NCBI GenBank assembly: GCA_964016885.1
Contig: OZ024743.1
Span: 81,096,001 to 81,160,000 of the forward strand
Origin: Eledone cirrhosa
Lineage: Eukaryota
Direction of reading: 5' to 3'
Length of the DNA stretch: 64,000 nucleotides
Position 1 is the stretch's first letter; each line of letters begins with the position of its first letter. The notes under the pieces were generated by a model that was not told where the DNA came from, made no database searches, and was given only the letters and a program-made list of their open reading frames with translations. The position numbers and the translations under genes were made by a program. Shown here piece after piece: positions 42,631 through 60,680 of this stretch.

Positions 42631-42797
42631 GCTGCTACTCTTCATAACTATTATTGTTGTTGTTAATTTTGTTATGGTTTTTATATATATTTGTTTCAAT
42701 ATTTGGAATAGATTTAGTTGAAAGAAAATTTCAAAATCATTAGATTTCTGAGGAATATCGCAAAATGGAATATATTTGTAATTAAATAGCAAACTGC

Positions 42798-42900
<103 letters not shown>

Positions 42901-42929
42901 TATATATATTTGTATATATATATATATAA

Positions 42930-42974
<45 letters not shown>

Positions 42975-42979
<5 letters not shown>

Positions 42980-43384
42980 TTAATAAATGGAAGCTATCTT
43001 TATAAAACCATATTTATTTTATTATATATATTTCAAGGGTACCAACATTTTGGGTTCGCTCTCAACAGATAAAATACAAAAGTTGTTTTATAAATAGTGA
43101 GATATCCAAAAACAACTACTTATCGTTTTAAGTTCTTGTTTTTTGGATATGCCACTATTTATAAAACAACTTTTGCATTTTATCTGATGAGAGCGAACCA
43201 AAATTGTGATATCCTTGAAATATATATAATAAAATAAATATGGTTTTATAAAGATAGTTTCCATTTATTAATATTATTGATATTATACTCCAGAAGAATT
43301 ATGTAGAGTGGTACACTTGAAATATATATAATAGAATAAATATGGTTTTATAAATATAGTTTCCATTTATTAATATCATTGATA

Positions 43385-43385
<1 letters not shown>
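42975..43385. mobile_element. Fold-back hammerhead element (family B) plus a tandem partial third copy
   Basis: Arms about 42980-43120 and 43130-43272. The plus hammerhead (43177-43235) has an intact core; the minus one (43016-43077) has CTGTTGA. The tail is repeated at 43315-43385. Confidence 0.8.
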
Positions 43386-43430
<45 letters not shown>

Positions 43431-43451
43431 TATGTGCATATACGTATGTAT

Positions 43452-43540
<89 letters not shown>

Positions 43541-43710
43541 ATATATATGTGTGTGTATATTTTTCTCTCTATCGGCAGTTCTTTCGTTGCTACAGATCAC
43601 GCAGCTGAATTAGCGGTCGCTATTTTCAATTTGCAAACCCCTTTAAACTGTATGTTATTACTCTGAGGTCTATACCTCATTAGCTGCTGCTCGAACTCGC
43701 TGTACTTTTG

Positions 43711-43803
<93 letters not shown>

Positions 43804-43804
43804 G

Positions 43805-43837
<33 letters not shown>

Positions 43838-43838
43838 G

Positions 43839-43921
<83 letters not shown>

Positions 43922-43926
43922 GTATG

Positions 43927-44106
<180 letters not shown>

Positions 44107-44110
44107 TACA

Positions 44111-44226
44111 TAAGTTGTAATAAAATGAAAACGAAATTTCATTTCTCACTCTTAGTACGGCACTTACTTAAATGTAAGTATGTATGTATACGTACATACA
44201 TATATGTATACAGACGTATAGTAGCA

Positions 44227-44322
<96 letters not shown>

Positions 44323-44656
44323 CAGGTAAACATATCAGCGCCCGCTTTGTTCGTTTGTAAACAAACTGAACAGCCTGAATTTATGCCGTACGGTGTTAAG
44401 GCAACCACGTCACCTTTTTGTTCAACACTGACACAGGAACGATGTACTAGTTTCAAGCTTGTTAGCTATCATCAGCACCGTATACCCTTCTGTCAGATGG
44501 TAGAACGTTCGAAAGTATATACTTTCCCTATGAAAATTGAACGGCTGAGCGGCCTAATTTGCATATCGAGTGAGTTCGGCCAGGCGTACCGAGAACGATA
44601 AGTTGTAATAAAATGCGTCCGCTAAACTGATACGTGCATATATGTATGTATACCTG

Positions 44657-44732
<76 letters not shown>

Positions 44733-44843
44733 TGCTACTATACGTCTGTATACATATATGTATGTACGTATATATACATACTTACATTTAGTAAGTGCCG
44801 TACTAAGAGTGAGAAATGAAATTTCGTTTTCATTTTATTATAA

Positions 44844-44848
<5 letters not shown>
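44111..44848. mobile_element. Element with long inverted arms that include internal (TA)n, carrying a hammerhead in the core
   Basis: 44111-44327 is the reverse complement of about 44653-44848. Minus-strand hammerhead at 44440-44480. Confidence 0.75.
44440..44480 (-). ncRNA. Minimal type I hammerhead ribozyme
   Basis: cggtg-CTGATGA-tagctaacaagctt-GAAAC-ta-GTA-catcg. Stem III is the palindrome actagt; the first stem II pair is U-U. Confidence 0.65.
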
Positions 44849-44893
<45 letters not shown>

Positions 44894-44923
44894 TATATAT
44901 ATATAGATATATAGATATATACA

Positions 44924-45229
44924 ATGATATTAAATAAATGGAAACTATATTTATAAAACCATATTTATTTTATTATATATATTTCAAGGGCAACCAAGAC
45001 AACATTGGTACGCTTTCATCAGATAAAATACAAAGTTTGTTTTATAAATAGAGACATACCCATTAAAATCATACCTTATCGGTTGGAAATTCCCAGTGAA
45101 TTTCCAACCGATAAGGTATGATTTTCATGGGTATATCTCTATTTATAAAACAAACTTTGTATTTTATCTGATGAAAGCGTACCTATGTTGTCTTGGTTGC
45201 CCTTGAAATATATATAATAAAACAAACAT
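44924..45229. mobile_element. Near-perfect fold-back element (family B) with intact hammerhead cores on both strands
   Basis: Arms 44961-45092 and 45098-45229, loop ccagt. Hammerheads at 44967-45031 (-) and 45159-45223 (+). Confidence 0.85.
45159..45223 (+). ncRNA. Type I hammerhead ribozyme (mirror copy at 44967-45031, minus)
   Basis: gtattttat-CTGATGA(45168)-aag...ctt-GAAA(45205)-tatatat-A-ataaaac. Confidence 0.78.
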
Positions 45230-45593
45230 AGATGGTAATGCAACGGAAAGAGAGGAAGAGGAGAAACAAGTCCGTGATATCTGTGAACTTAAGTTCGATC
45301 AAATTATAGACGCGGAGAGATACAGACCTTCCGAGGCGAGTGAGATGTAAGCGAGAAATGGATTTCACACAGGTCAAGCGGGAGGAAGTGAGAGAGGGGG
45401 AGTAGCAGAGAGTGAGTGAAAGTGTGAGGAAGAGGCCAGCTGAGAGAGAGTCACTGGCAAAGGGGGTAACATGAAGGTGAGAGATACTGAGAAAGGGGAA
45501 GCAGTAAGAAATAAACAGACAGGTCACATCGGAGGGAAAAATATAAATATATATATGAAAAATGTGGCGTGCTGTGTGTTGCAAATGGGATAC

Positions 45594-45639
<46 letters not shown>

Positions 45640-45805
45640 CAGGAAAGAAGAGTGACACGGTTTGCTATACAAAAAAGGTTTTTAATCTCATTGCTGACAA
45701 TTGTTTCTCTGAACTGATAGGTGTAGAGATCGCTATCCGCTTATTTTCACGTTACTCGTTGAGCCAAGCGTTGATATCATCCACTACCCGGAGTATATAT
45801 ATATA

Positions 45806-45849
<44 letters not shown>

Positions 45850-45885
45850 CACATATATACATATACTGTATATATATATATATTT

Positions 45886-45917
<32 letters not shown>

Positions 45918-46358
45918 TTATATATCCGAACTTTCCTGATGAAAAGTTATGTCCGAAATGTTGAAATTCCTCTATTTGCACGAAGTGTGAACGAACTTAA
46001 TATAACAATTGCCTCTTATGCTTTGTTCATTCATTTTCAACATGTGTGCGCGCGCGCGTGTGTGTGCGCGCGCGTGTGTAAGTGTGTGTGTGTATGTGTG
46101 TGTGTATGTGTGTGTATGTGTTAATTTACTTGTTGTGTATGCGCATTCATGCTCTCAGCTAAATCCTTGTTGAGAGTCACACTGATAACTAAATAACCAA
46201 GGCAAGTTGACATGATACTACACTTACACATATGACAGTCATATATGTGGAAATAAACTGTAGTGACACTCAATCACTATAGATAATAACTATGTTCTAT
46301 AGCGATTGACTGTTATTGCAGTTATTTTCTGTGTTTAGGACTCACACATTTTCAATTT

Positions 46359-46427
<69 letters not shown>

Positions 46428-46440
46428 TTATATATATATA

Positions 46441-47232
46441 TTTTTCGGAATTTTGTAGAAAAACATGTTACTTAATTTCCTCTGTGTATATATTTATTTA
46501 TTTACTCATTCATTTATATATATACACGCACTGTGTCTCGATTTTGGAAAGATTTTTTGGGGATCTTTTGAAAATTTCTCTTTAAGAATGATTTTTTGGA
46601 GAGAGAGTTTTTTTAAGGTTCCTTTTGAAAGGTATTTTTTGAAGTATTTTGGAAGAGTTCTCTTAACTCTCTTAACTTCTTTAATTTTTAAATTTTTGGA
46701 TTCTGGGAATCCTTTGGATTTCAGCTCTTAACTTTTGCCAATTTTCTGAATTTTGGAGAGAGAAGAATTTTTTTCTTTGTTCCTCTCTACAAAAGTAATT
46801 TTAACAGACAAACTGTAAAAACACACACACACAATTTTCGGAATTTTGTAGAAAAAAATGTTACTTAATTCCCTCTGTGTATATATTTATCTATTTACTC
46901 ATTCAGTTATTTATATATATATATACACGCACTGTGTCTCGTTTTTGAAAAGATTTTTTAAGATCTTTTAAAAATTTCTTCTAAAGAATGATTTTTTGAG
47001 AGAAAGATTTCTTAAAGTTTCTTTTGAAAGGTACTTTTTGAAGTTTTTTGGAAGAGTTCTCTTGACTCTCTTAACTTCTTTAATTTTTAAATTTTTGGAT
47101 TCTGGGAATCCTTTGGATTTCAGCTCTTAACTTTTGCCAATTTTCTAAATTTTGGAGAGAAAAGAATTTTTTTTTAATTCCCCTCTACAAAAGTAATTTT
47201 AACAGACAAACTGGAAAAAAACACACACACAC
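46441..47232. repeat. About 395-bp tandem duplication (46441-46833 and 46835-47232)
   Basis: Collinear near-identical copies, each ending in (CA)n. Confidence 0.9.
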
Positions 47233-47638
47233 AACAACCCCACACATATATGCGCACACATATTTATCCATACATATACGCACACACTCACATGTGTGTA
47301 CTCTTGTATATACATCCTCACACTCTCTCTATACATGTGTGTGAGGGGGGGGGGTATGTACACATCGAAACATTCGTTTTTGATTTTAATTTTAATTTTA
47401 AACCTTTTTTTTACTCCCTTTTTAACTAACTTTTTTCACGGAATTTGACAAGATGGATTTTAATACATCGAAATCGGTAATTTTCTCATACACTTTATAT
47501 ACTTCATAAAAAAATTTTCAAAAAAGAATTGTCCCTCTCTTTTTTTAATAACATTATCTTTTTAATAATGTCACTTTAACGAATCGAAAAAGAGAAACAG
47601 ACCCTTAAACATATCCCCCGTGCTATTTCCAATTTCTT

Positions 47639-47730
<92 letters not shown>

Positions 47731-47731
<1 letters not shown>

Positions 47732-47942
47732 CGAAGGAAGTGTGGTAAGGAATCAGGTGGACCATAACGCACAAGAGTACTCGATACTTTGGGTAGTAGA
47801 GTGGGTAATAGGAAAAGAGTCAGAACCTCGACGGCAGAGCTCAAGCCGTTTCGACAGCTATTTCTGGACTCAGCTACTTCTGAGTCCAGAAAGAGCTGTC
47901 GAAACGGCTTGAGTTCTGCCGTCGGGGTTCAGACTCTTTTCC

Positions 47943-47945
<3 letters not shown>
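47731..47945 (-). mobile_element. Family A fold-back element between (TA)n tracts
   Basis: Homologous to 189-386; arms 47808-47873 and 47880-47945. Confidence 0.75.
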
Positions 47946-47989
<44 letters not shown>

Positions 47990-48144
47990 AGAGAGAGAGA
48001 CATATATATGTGTGTGCGTGTGTGTGAGTGTATATATGTATATTTATATTTAAGTAAGTGTTGACAGCTGAGAGAGTACTCAATACCGAAGTAGAATTTT
48101 TAATATTCATCTTATTATGTTCTGATGATCCTGTCAAAACTCCA

Positions 48145-48207
<63 letters not shown>

Positions 48208-48321
48208 TGTCACGTCTATATATATATACACGTGACAGCTATAATTTCATTTTTAACCAATCAAATTACGTTTATTAAAAAAAGCCTTCGTGAGCCCCTT
48301 TTTTTAAGTAAAAAGAAATTG

Positions 48322-48371
<50 letters not shown>

Positions 48372-49230
48372 AAATAAACATACACATCTTTACTTTCTTT
48401 ATTCAATAGAAAATCTGAATTCTGACACCCCAGCGAACTAACCATATTCACTGAACCAGAACAATTCTCCCATCCAATTTCTCTTGACCATTATCTTTTG
48501 CTTGTCATAAAATTCTCTAAAAAGGCTACAGAATAGATTTCCAAATAAGGGCGCGAAAATTTAATGAAAACTTGTTCACGTGACAGCCATAATTTTATTT
48601 ATAACCAATCAAATTACGTTTATTAAAAAAAAGCCTTCGTGAGCCCCCTTTTTTTTAAGTAAAAAGAAATTCAAACACTCATATATGAAAAAACAACCTG
48701 TGACCCGCTCCCCTTGTTTGAAGAACTTGTAACGCGAACTGGCGCGAAATTTATTATAATTATTGACCAACCAATCAAATTACTTCTCAAAAAACACCTG
48801 GCATTTCGAGCCACTTTTTCCATATAAAAAAAGTAACATTCAGAGACCAACCAGATGTGAGAAAAACCACAGACCCTCCATCTCAACTCTACTTTTGAAA
48901 AGCAGAAGAACTGCGAAACCGGTAAAGGAACCAAATAAATATATATATTTTTTTTTAAAATAAGACTCCAGTTGCATTTTGGATTTCATCTTTTTTTCAT
49001 TATATATATATATATATATATATATGTTCACTGGACTTTCGCAAACATGGAAGCGTTTGCCTGTGACATATCAACTCCTCCACATAATTGTGTTAACATC
49101 TGATGATATCACACCTGCACATCCGGTTGTTGTTCTAATGATCGTATAATAGCTCCACATTGGTTTCACTAAAATACGTATTATCCAATGAATACGAGTA
49201 TGTGACATTTGTCTTAACGTTAATTTCATA

Positions 49231-49935
49231 TATGCAATTTGACGGTTTATAAGACGCATGACCTTATACGATGCACCTCAATTTGTGCAGGCATTAAAAA
49301 AAGATAGATACGTATAAGGTTTGTACACCGTGAAGGGTTTAAAGTTTGTACATCGTATTTATTTTTATTACCATTCTACATCGTAATTCTAGTTTTAATA
49401 TTTTAGGTGGATTAGCAGTATCGGTAGAGGGTCGGACGCCATGCTTTGCAGCAAAGAGTTACCTCCCTTTATGATCTGTGTTCAAATCCTGCCAAGGTTA
49501 ACTTTGCTTTTCATCCTTACGGGGTCGATAAAATAAAGTATCAGTCACGCACTGGGGTCGATTTAATCGACTTTCCCCTCCCCCAAAATTGCTGACCTTG
49601 TGTCTATATAGGAAACCAATATTTTAGTACATTTTTAAAACATAAGGAAGTGTGAAAATAAATCGTATTTTCTGTTGAAATATTTAGTAGAAAGTGAAAA
49701 TTAATTTATTTTATCCATCACAAAATTTATAAAAGTTGTCATTGTTGGTGTAATAGTCACCTTGTTTACATTTGCGGAGATGTTTGTGGTTTAATTTAAA
49801 GGTTTGATTTAAAGGAAGCATTAGAACTCCACCGGCCAATAAACCAAACTGACCCTTGACCTTATAAGACGCATGATGATTTTCTGGGACATTTTTATGA
49901 AAACGAAGTGCGTCTTTTAAGCCGTTAAAATACGG
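49231..49935. mobile_element. pogo/Tigger-like MITE with a nested SINE (49405-49622 +)
   Basis: Right end gtgcgtcttttaagccgttaaaatacgg|ta, degenerate left end atttgacggtttataagacgca, internal tataagacgca motifs. Confidence 0.6.
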
Positions 49936-49943
49936 TATATATA

Positions 49944-50042
49944 CAGTGTCCCCAAAAAATGTATACACACTTCAACGACATTCTAATAAATATTGCCTGT
50001 ACAGGTAATCAAAGAATGTATACATTTCTTTGGGACACCCTG
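49944..50042. mobile_element. Tc1/mariner-type mini-MITE
   Basis: TIRs cagtgtccccaaaaaatgtataca and tgtatacatttctttgggacaccctg; TA on the left side. Confidence 0.7.
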
Positions 50043-50118
50043 AATATAGTTGAACAAATGAAACAAAACAAACACAGGAATATAACATATGTATATATAT
50101 CTATCTATCTATCTATCT

Positions 50119-52138
50119 CGCGATCCCGACCAGGTCCATACACGACAACCTCCACCTCATGCGATACATCATAGAGAGGGTAGGGTGTAAACCCGGCTTC
50201 GGTGGGGCCCTGATCAACTTGGATCAGTCTAAGGCTTTCGATAGGGTTGACCATCGTTACCTGGATGCGGTGCTCGAGGCGGCAGGCTTCGGACCCGTGT
50301 TCAGGGGCTGGATTGCTGCAATGCACAACAGCAACATCTGCTCAAGGGTCAAGGTGAACGGTTACCTCTCGGAGCCGTTCCATATTACGCGATCCATTCG
50401 ACAGGGATGCCCTCTCTCCTCCCTTCTGTACGTACTGACTCTCGAGCCACTACTGCGGAAGCTGGAGCTATTGCAGGGCATCCCTCTGGAACCGGGACTG
50501 CGGAAAGCGGCGTCGGCCTACGCCGACGACGTGACAGTAATGGTGTCGAGCGCCTCGCAAATCGAGGAAGTCGGCACCTTACTAAAGGAATACGAAAGTC
50601 TCACAGGAGCGAAGCTGAACCGGGACAAGTCCATCGGTTTGCAACTCGGATCGTGGAGAGGCAGACCGATGCCTTCCGATGGCGTCGTCGGACGCTGGAC
50701 GGAAGGACCGGTAAAGCTGCTCGGGGTCTGGTTTGGTCCGGACCTCCAGGTGGAGAAGAACTGGAACGAAGTGACGGCCAAGGTGTTTGCACTCACCCAG
50801 AAGTGGGCCGAGTGCAAACTATCCTTGAAAGGTCGAGCGGAGGTGGCGAACACTTTTATAGCGTCCGCCATCTACTACCGCTTGACCGTCGTGCCTTGTC
50901 CAGCCAAAACGCTCGCCAAAATGGAGCGCGCCCTCTTCCGATTCCTTTGGAAGAGGCGGGCTCCTTTGGTAAGAAGATCCATCTGCTGCCAACACCCTTC
51001 TAACGGAGGGCTGGGGATGCCGTGGTTGACGATGCGCAAACACGCGCTCAGGCTGCGGCATCTCTACGTATTCCTCACCGGACAACCGGTGTGGGCCCCG
51101 TTCGTGAGGCGAGCCTTCCCACGACTCGTCTCGCTGACCGAGCTGCAGTCCTGGGTCAAGCAGAGACCGAGGAAAATGGGCGACTGGCACATCGAATGTG
51201 CTCAGGCGCTCACAGCCCTCTGGCAGGCGGACCCGGCGATCAGTGGAGACTCCACTTCGTCATTCTATAGAGGGTTGGTCCGCAGCAAGTGCGACGACGC
51301 GCTCGGTGAAACTCTAGGCGTGGAGGAAGATGAACTGGCCAGTCTGTTCGGTAGGACCTTCCGCCCGGGACCGATGGACAACTTCCAAAAGTCCCTGGCC
51401 TGGCAGTGCTACCGAGGAGCTCTACCAGTTCGAGACAAGCTCTACAGACATGGGCGCCCGGGCAGGGACCCTGCAAAAAAGATCTGTCCGAGGTGCGTGC
51501 GAGACGAAGAAACGGTCGCGCACGCATTCATACACTGCCCGGGCGTCACTGACCTGTGGGGCTATGTGGAACGACTATTGTCGCGGGTGGGACCAATCCA
51601 GTTGACCACCGAGTCCATTGTCATGATCAAACCGCCACCCTCCTTCAAAAACGAAGGAGAGGCGGTTTTCCTTTGTGTGATAGCTATGGCGAAAGAGGTT
51701 GTATGGTGGACAAGGTTGAAAGGGCTGAGGTCAGACACCTTTCTCTCCGGCCAACAACTGATTCTTTTTTTCAAATACCACTTTGGAAGAAGAATCAGGA
51801 TGGAGAGAGAGGTGCTGTACCCCAGCAAGTTTTATGAAAGGTGGGTGAAAGTGGCGAGAATGGCCCGAGTGAATGGGCCTTCTCTCTATATCAGCCTGTA
51901 GGTTGAGGAAAAGGAGGAGGAGAGGAAAGGAGTACAAGCTCTTCGTACTCCTGGAGATGAGGGTTGCACATTTTTTTCGGGGGTCTGTGTTACCCATATA
52001 AACTGTCTCCCTCTATTGGGGAAAATCGACTAACTTTTAAATTCCATCTGTGATAACATTTTACACGTTTTTATTGTATGTAAACTTCCCCCTTTGTATT
52101 TGTCCCCTTCTTTTGTGCCCCTGTGGCTAATAAAGAAA
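50119..52138 (+). mobile_element. Second Tx1 family member, 5'-truncated, inserted in (TATC)n
   Basis: Homologous to 34358-36380 but diverged. Same 3' terminus tgtgg(c/t)taataaagaaa; TATC-type repeats on both flanks. Confidence 0.92.
50120..51901 (+). CDS. Tx1 ORF2 C-terminal part (RT + CCHC), uninterrupted but truncated
   Basis: AIPTRSIHDNLHLMRY..., LDQSKAFDRV, IRQGCPLS, AYADD, CPRC...ETVAHAFIHC. Confidence 0.9.
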   Translation, partial: AIPTRSIHDNLHLMRYIIERVGCKPGFGGALINLDQSKAFDRVDHRYLDAVLEAAGFGPVFRGWIAAMHNSNICSRVKVNGYLSEPFHITRSIRQGCPLSSLLYVLTLEPLLRKLELLQGIPLEPGLRKAASAYADDVTVMVSSASQIEEVGTLLKEYESLTGAKLNRDKSIGLQLGSWRGRPMPSDGVVGRWTEGPVKLLGVWFGPDLQVEKNWNEVTAKVFALTQKWAECKLSLKGRAEVANTFIASAIYYRLTVVPCPAKTLAKMERALFRFLWKRRAPLVRRSICCQHPSNGGLGMPWLTMRKHALRLRHLYVFLTGQPVWAPFVRRAFPRLVSLTELQSWVKQRPRKMGDWHIECAQALTALWQADPAISGDSTSSFYRGLVRSKCDDALGETLGVEEDELASLFGRTFRPGPMDNFQKSLAWQCYRGALPVRDKLYRHGRPGRDPAKKICPRCVRDEETVAHAFIHCPGVTDLWGYVERLLSRVGPIQLTTESIVMIKPPPSFKNEGEAVFLCVIAMAKEVVWWTRLKGLRSDTFLSGQQLILFFKYHFGRRIRMEREVLYPSKFYERWVKVARMARVNGPSLYISL

Positions 52139-52230
52139 TATATCTATCTGTATGTCTATCGGTCTGTATGTCTGTCTGTATGTCTATCTATCTATCTGTC
52201 TGTCTGTCTGTCTGTCTGTATGTCTATCTA

Positions 52231-52526
<296 letters not shown>

Positions 52527-52909
52527 TAAACCTAACCCTAACTCTGTTTCTGTGGCAATAAAATAGTGAGTTGTGGGCTTGTACAGTTAGAGAGAGTAGA
52601 AAGGTTTCTTTGCTCAGACTGACATAAGATACGTAGGAACCAACAACAAAAGATGGCAATATGATTTATATACAATGGCTTAAAAACATAGTAGAATGCT
52701 GCCATAGGCACGTTATACACACTTATATACTGGCAAATATGATGTCGAGGCCAAATACTAGAGCCCTGTGTTATTATAAATTATATATATCTTTGATAAA
52801 ATAAATATCACCTCACAGATAAAGAGATTATCCCATTCTCTTATATCGTATGGTAAACATTCTGATACGGAGAACATTTTTGCCCCCAACTTACTTACTT
52901 AAAGACATT

Positions 52910-52955
<46 letters not shown>

Positions 52956-52958
52956 AGA

Positions 52959-53051
<93 letters not shown>

Positions 53052-53725
53052 GTTTATATACAAGATAGAAGACATTAAAAACAATATATGTTATATAGGG
53101 GAAAATATACACACAGGACAGCAACAATAACAACAACAACAGCAGCAGCAACAACAGCAGCAACAGCAGTAGCAGCACCATTATTTTTTGAATGCGATCA
53201 TAAGACAGTCAACCGTGAAAATAAATGTTATGTTTGAGGTTGACATTGAAATATATCAGGTTATATGTCCTTGCTTGTGAAATAGATACATCATATGTGT
53301 TAGAGGCAAATGAGCTATCATTGGCAGTCATTATCTTCTATATTGTCAGCTCATCGTCTAGATTCCCCAAGCGAATTAGATCTGTTAAGACAGACCAACC
53401 ATGAACCTACATGAATGAGATCTTCTCTCTATTACGTTCTCGCCTTCATCATCCTTTGTTTTCTTTCATTGTTATTTTGTTATTGGTTTGCATATATTTA
53501 TTATTATTACTATTACTGTTATTACTAGTTGTTGGTCTTGTTGTTGCTGTTGTTTTGTCGTGAGGGTTGTGTGTGGTGTAAATGTGGTGGAGGGGAGTGA
53601 AACCCTATTAATGATCTTCAAGTTTTTATATATATGTATATATATATATATATATACAGAGAGAGAGAGAGAGAGACATAAGAAGAAGGAGAGAATGAGA
53701 TACACACAAACGCGCGCGCACGCAC

Positions 53726-53814
<89 letters not shown>

Positions 53815-54597
53815 AACTGAATTTTGAGAGCGTTTTTATTCAGAGGTGTATCAAGGATGCGTATCAAAGAAGCTATATATGTATTTAAGTGAGTGTGAAG
53901 ATGTATGTGTGCTTGTCTACGCGTGTGTGTATATGTATGCAAGTGAGTGTATATATATATATGTTTGTAAGAAAGTGCAACAATTATTCATAATAAACCA
54001 GAGATTAAAATCGTGACACAGAATTTAGTTTGGCTCAATTTCAAGATCAACAGGCAGTCTTCTAAAGCTACTAGCAGTCTTTCATCCAGTTAGTAAGTTT
54101 CTTTGATAAAATATGAAACCGTTTGTTTTGTATGGTTTTGTCGGGAGAGTAGGTGTAGAGGTAGAGCCGTGTTTTGGTGGGAAAAATTGAAAAAGTTAGT
54201 TTCAAACCGGACTCTTATCCTATATATTGGCACCTGAAAGGAATCAACCGTGGGAGGACCAGGGAACTATTTTTAACTGGAGGAAAAAGGTAGAAAAAGG
54301 TAGTCGTGCAAATAACGCACACAATATTCTTATATATATATATATATGTGCATATGTGTGTGCGGGTATCCGTGTGTGTGTGTGTATCAATAATAAATAC
54401 GAAGACCCAAATCTAGAGAGGACTCGATAGGTGACTATATAAGAATATATAAATCGGTAGAACAAATAATTATTAAAGTACAGGTTAAAAGTTTAAGCAA
54501 AGAATTTCTATTTTCACCCGAAACTTAGCGAGATCATCTGAAACTATATATATTATATATATATATATATATAGGTGGTGCGAGTACGGAGTTAATT

Positions 54598-54816
54598 ATT
54601 ATAAAATAACAGGCGGCCGACCGAACTAGAAACTGCTAAATGTGCGGCCGCATTCTTGTCTCTCTGCCTTTTCAGCCCCATGGATTATATTCCTTTGTTA
54701 AATTTCGAAAACCTGATGATGTCACCAGATTCATACTGAACCCGGTCATTGAAATGTTCATAGTATAATAAACCTTTATGGAATTACACCAGTCCAGCCT
54801 CCTGTTATTTTATAAT
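54598..54816 (+). mobile_element. Short element with about 24-bp terminal inverted repeats and a hammerhead-like core
   Basis: attataaaataacaggcggccgac and gtccagcctcctgttattttataat; CTGATGA at 54713, GAAAtgttcATA at 54751-54762. Confidence 0.55.
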
Positions 54817-54831
54817 ACACACACACACACA

Positions 54832-56598
<1,767 letters not shown>

Positions 56599-56632
56599 GG
56601 ACTTTAACATCTGAAACTACTTCGCATTTTTT

Positions 56633-56670
<38 letters not shown>

Positions 56671-56711
56671 AGAAAATGCGAAGTAATTTCAGATGTTAAA
56701 GTCCTTTTATT

Positions 56712-56797
56712 AAGAAGACTGTGATACATATTTCAATGACGACAGTGACCATGTGATTCCGCCTAACCAGTGCCTTGATCTCATCAGACAGCTTCTT
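56712..56797 (-). ncRNA. Type I hammerhead ribozyme
   Basis: aagaagctgt-CTGATGA-long stem II-GAAA-tatgtat-C-acagtcttctt. 10-bp stem I with one bulge, followed by AATAAA. Confidence 0.7.
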
Positions 56798-56839
56798 GCA
56801 TTATAAGGTTACGTTCTCGATCCAATCCAAATTAAAACG

Positions 56840-56943
<104 letters not shown>

Positions 56944-57414
56944 GATGTAAAAACACCGAAATATATATTTACACAATCTGTACACCACCTCGACATAAAC
57001 CACAAAAACTACTTCCCTCACCATCTAAATACTCACTTCACCCTCACTTACCTCGCCTTTCATCTTATCATTACACATCCCCTACGCCTATTCCACCCGA
57101 GTTTCTATTTCTCCCCCTTTCCTTTACATCTCCTCCCACCTTACCCACCACAACACCTCCTATATTCCCTCAACCTTCTCCTCAACAATAATTCGCTGAT
57201 TATAAACCAGTTAGGATTCCATTTACTAATTAGATTCAGTTCTATTCAACTCTAATTTACAATTTAATTTCCTGTTGAGAGGGTGCTTGATAGATTGGGC
57301 TAACAGGTGGGATGGTGGGAGGGGGGGGGAGAGTGTCGAAAGTGATGGCGGAGTCATTTGTTTATTATTTATTATGTCGCAATTGTTTTTAAAAGTACAT
57401 TGTCGAATATATAT

Positions 57415-60680
<3,266 letters not shown>

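Noticed and set aside
45930-49110. Isolated CTGATGA at about 45936, 48122 and 49100
   Set aside because: No compatible stem II, GAAA and stem III arrangement.
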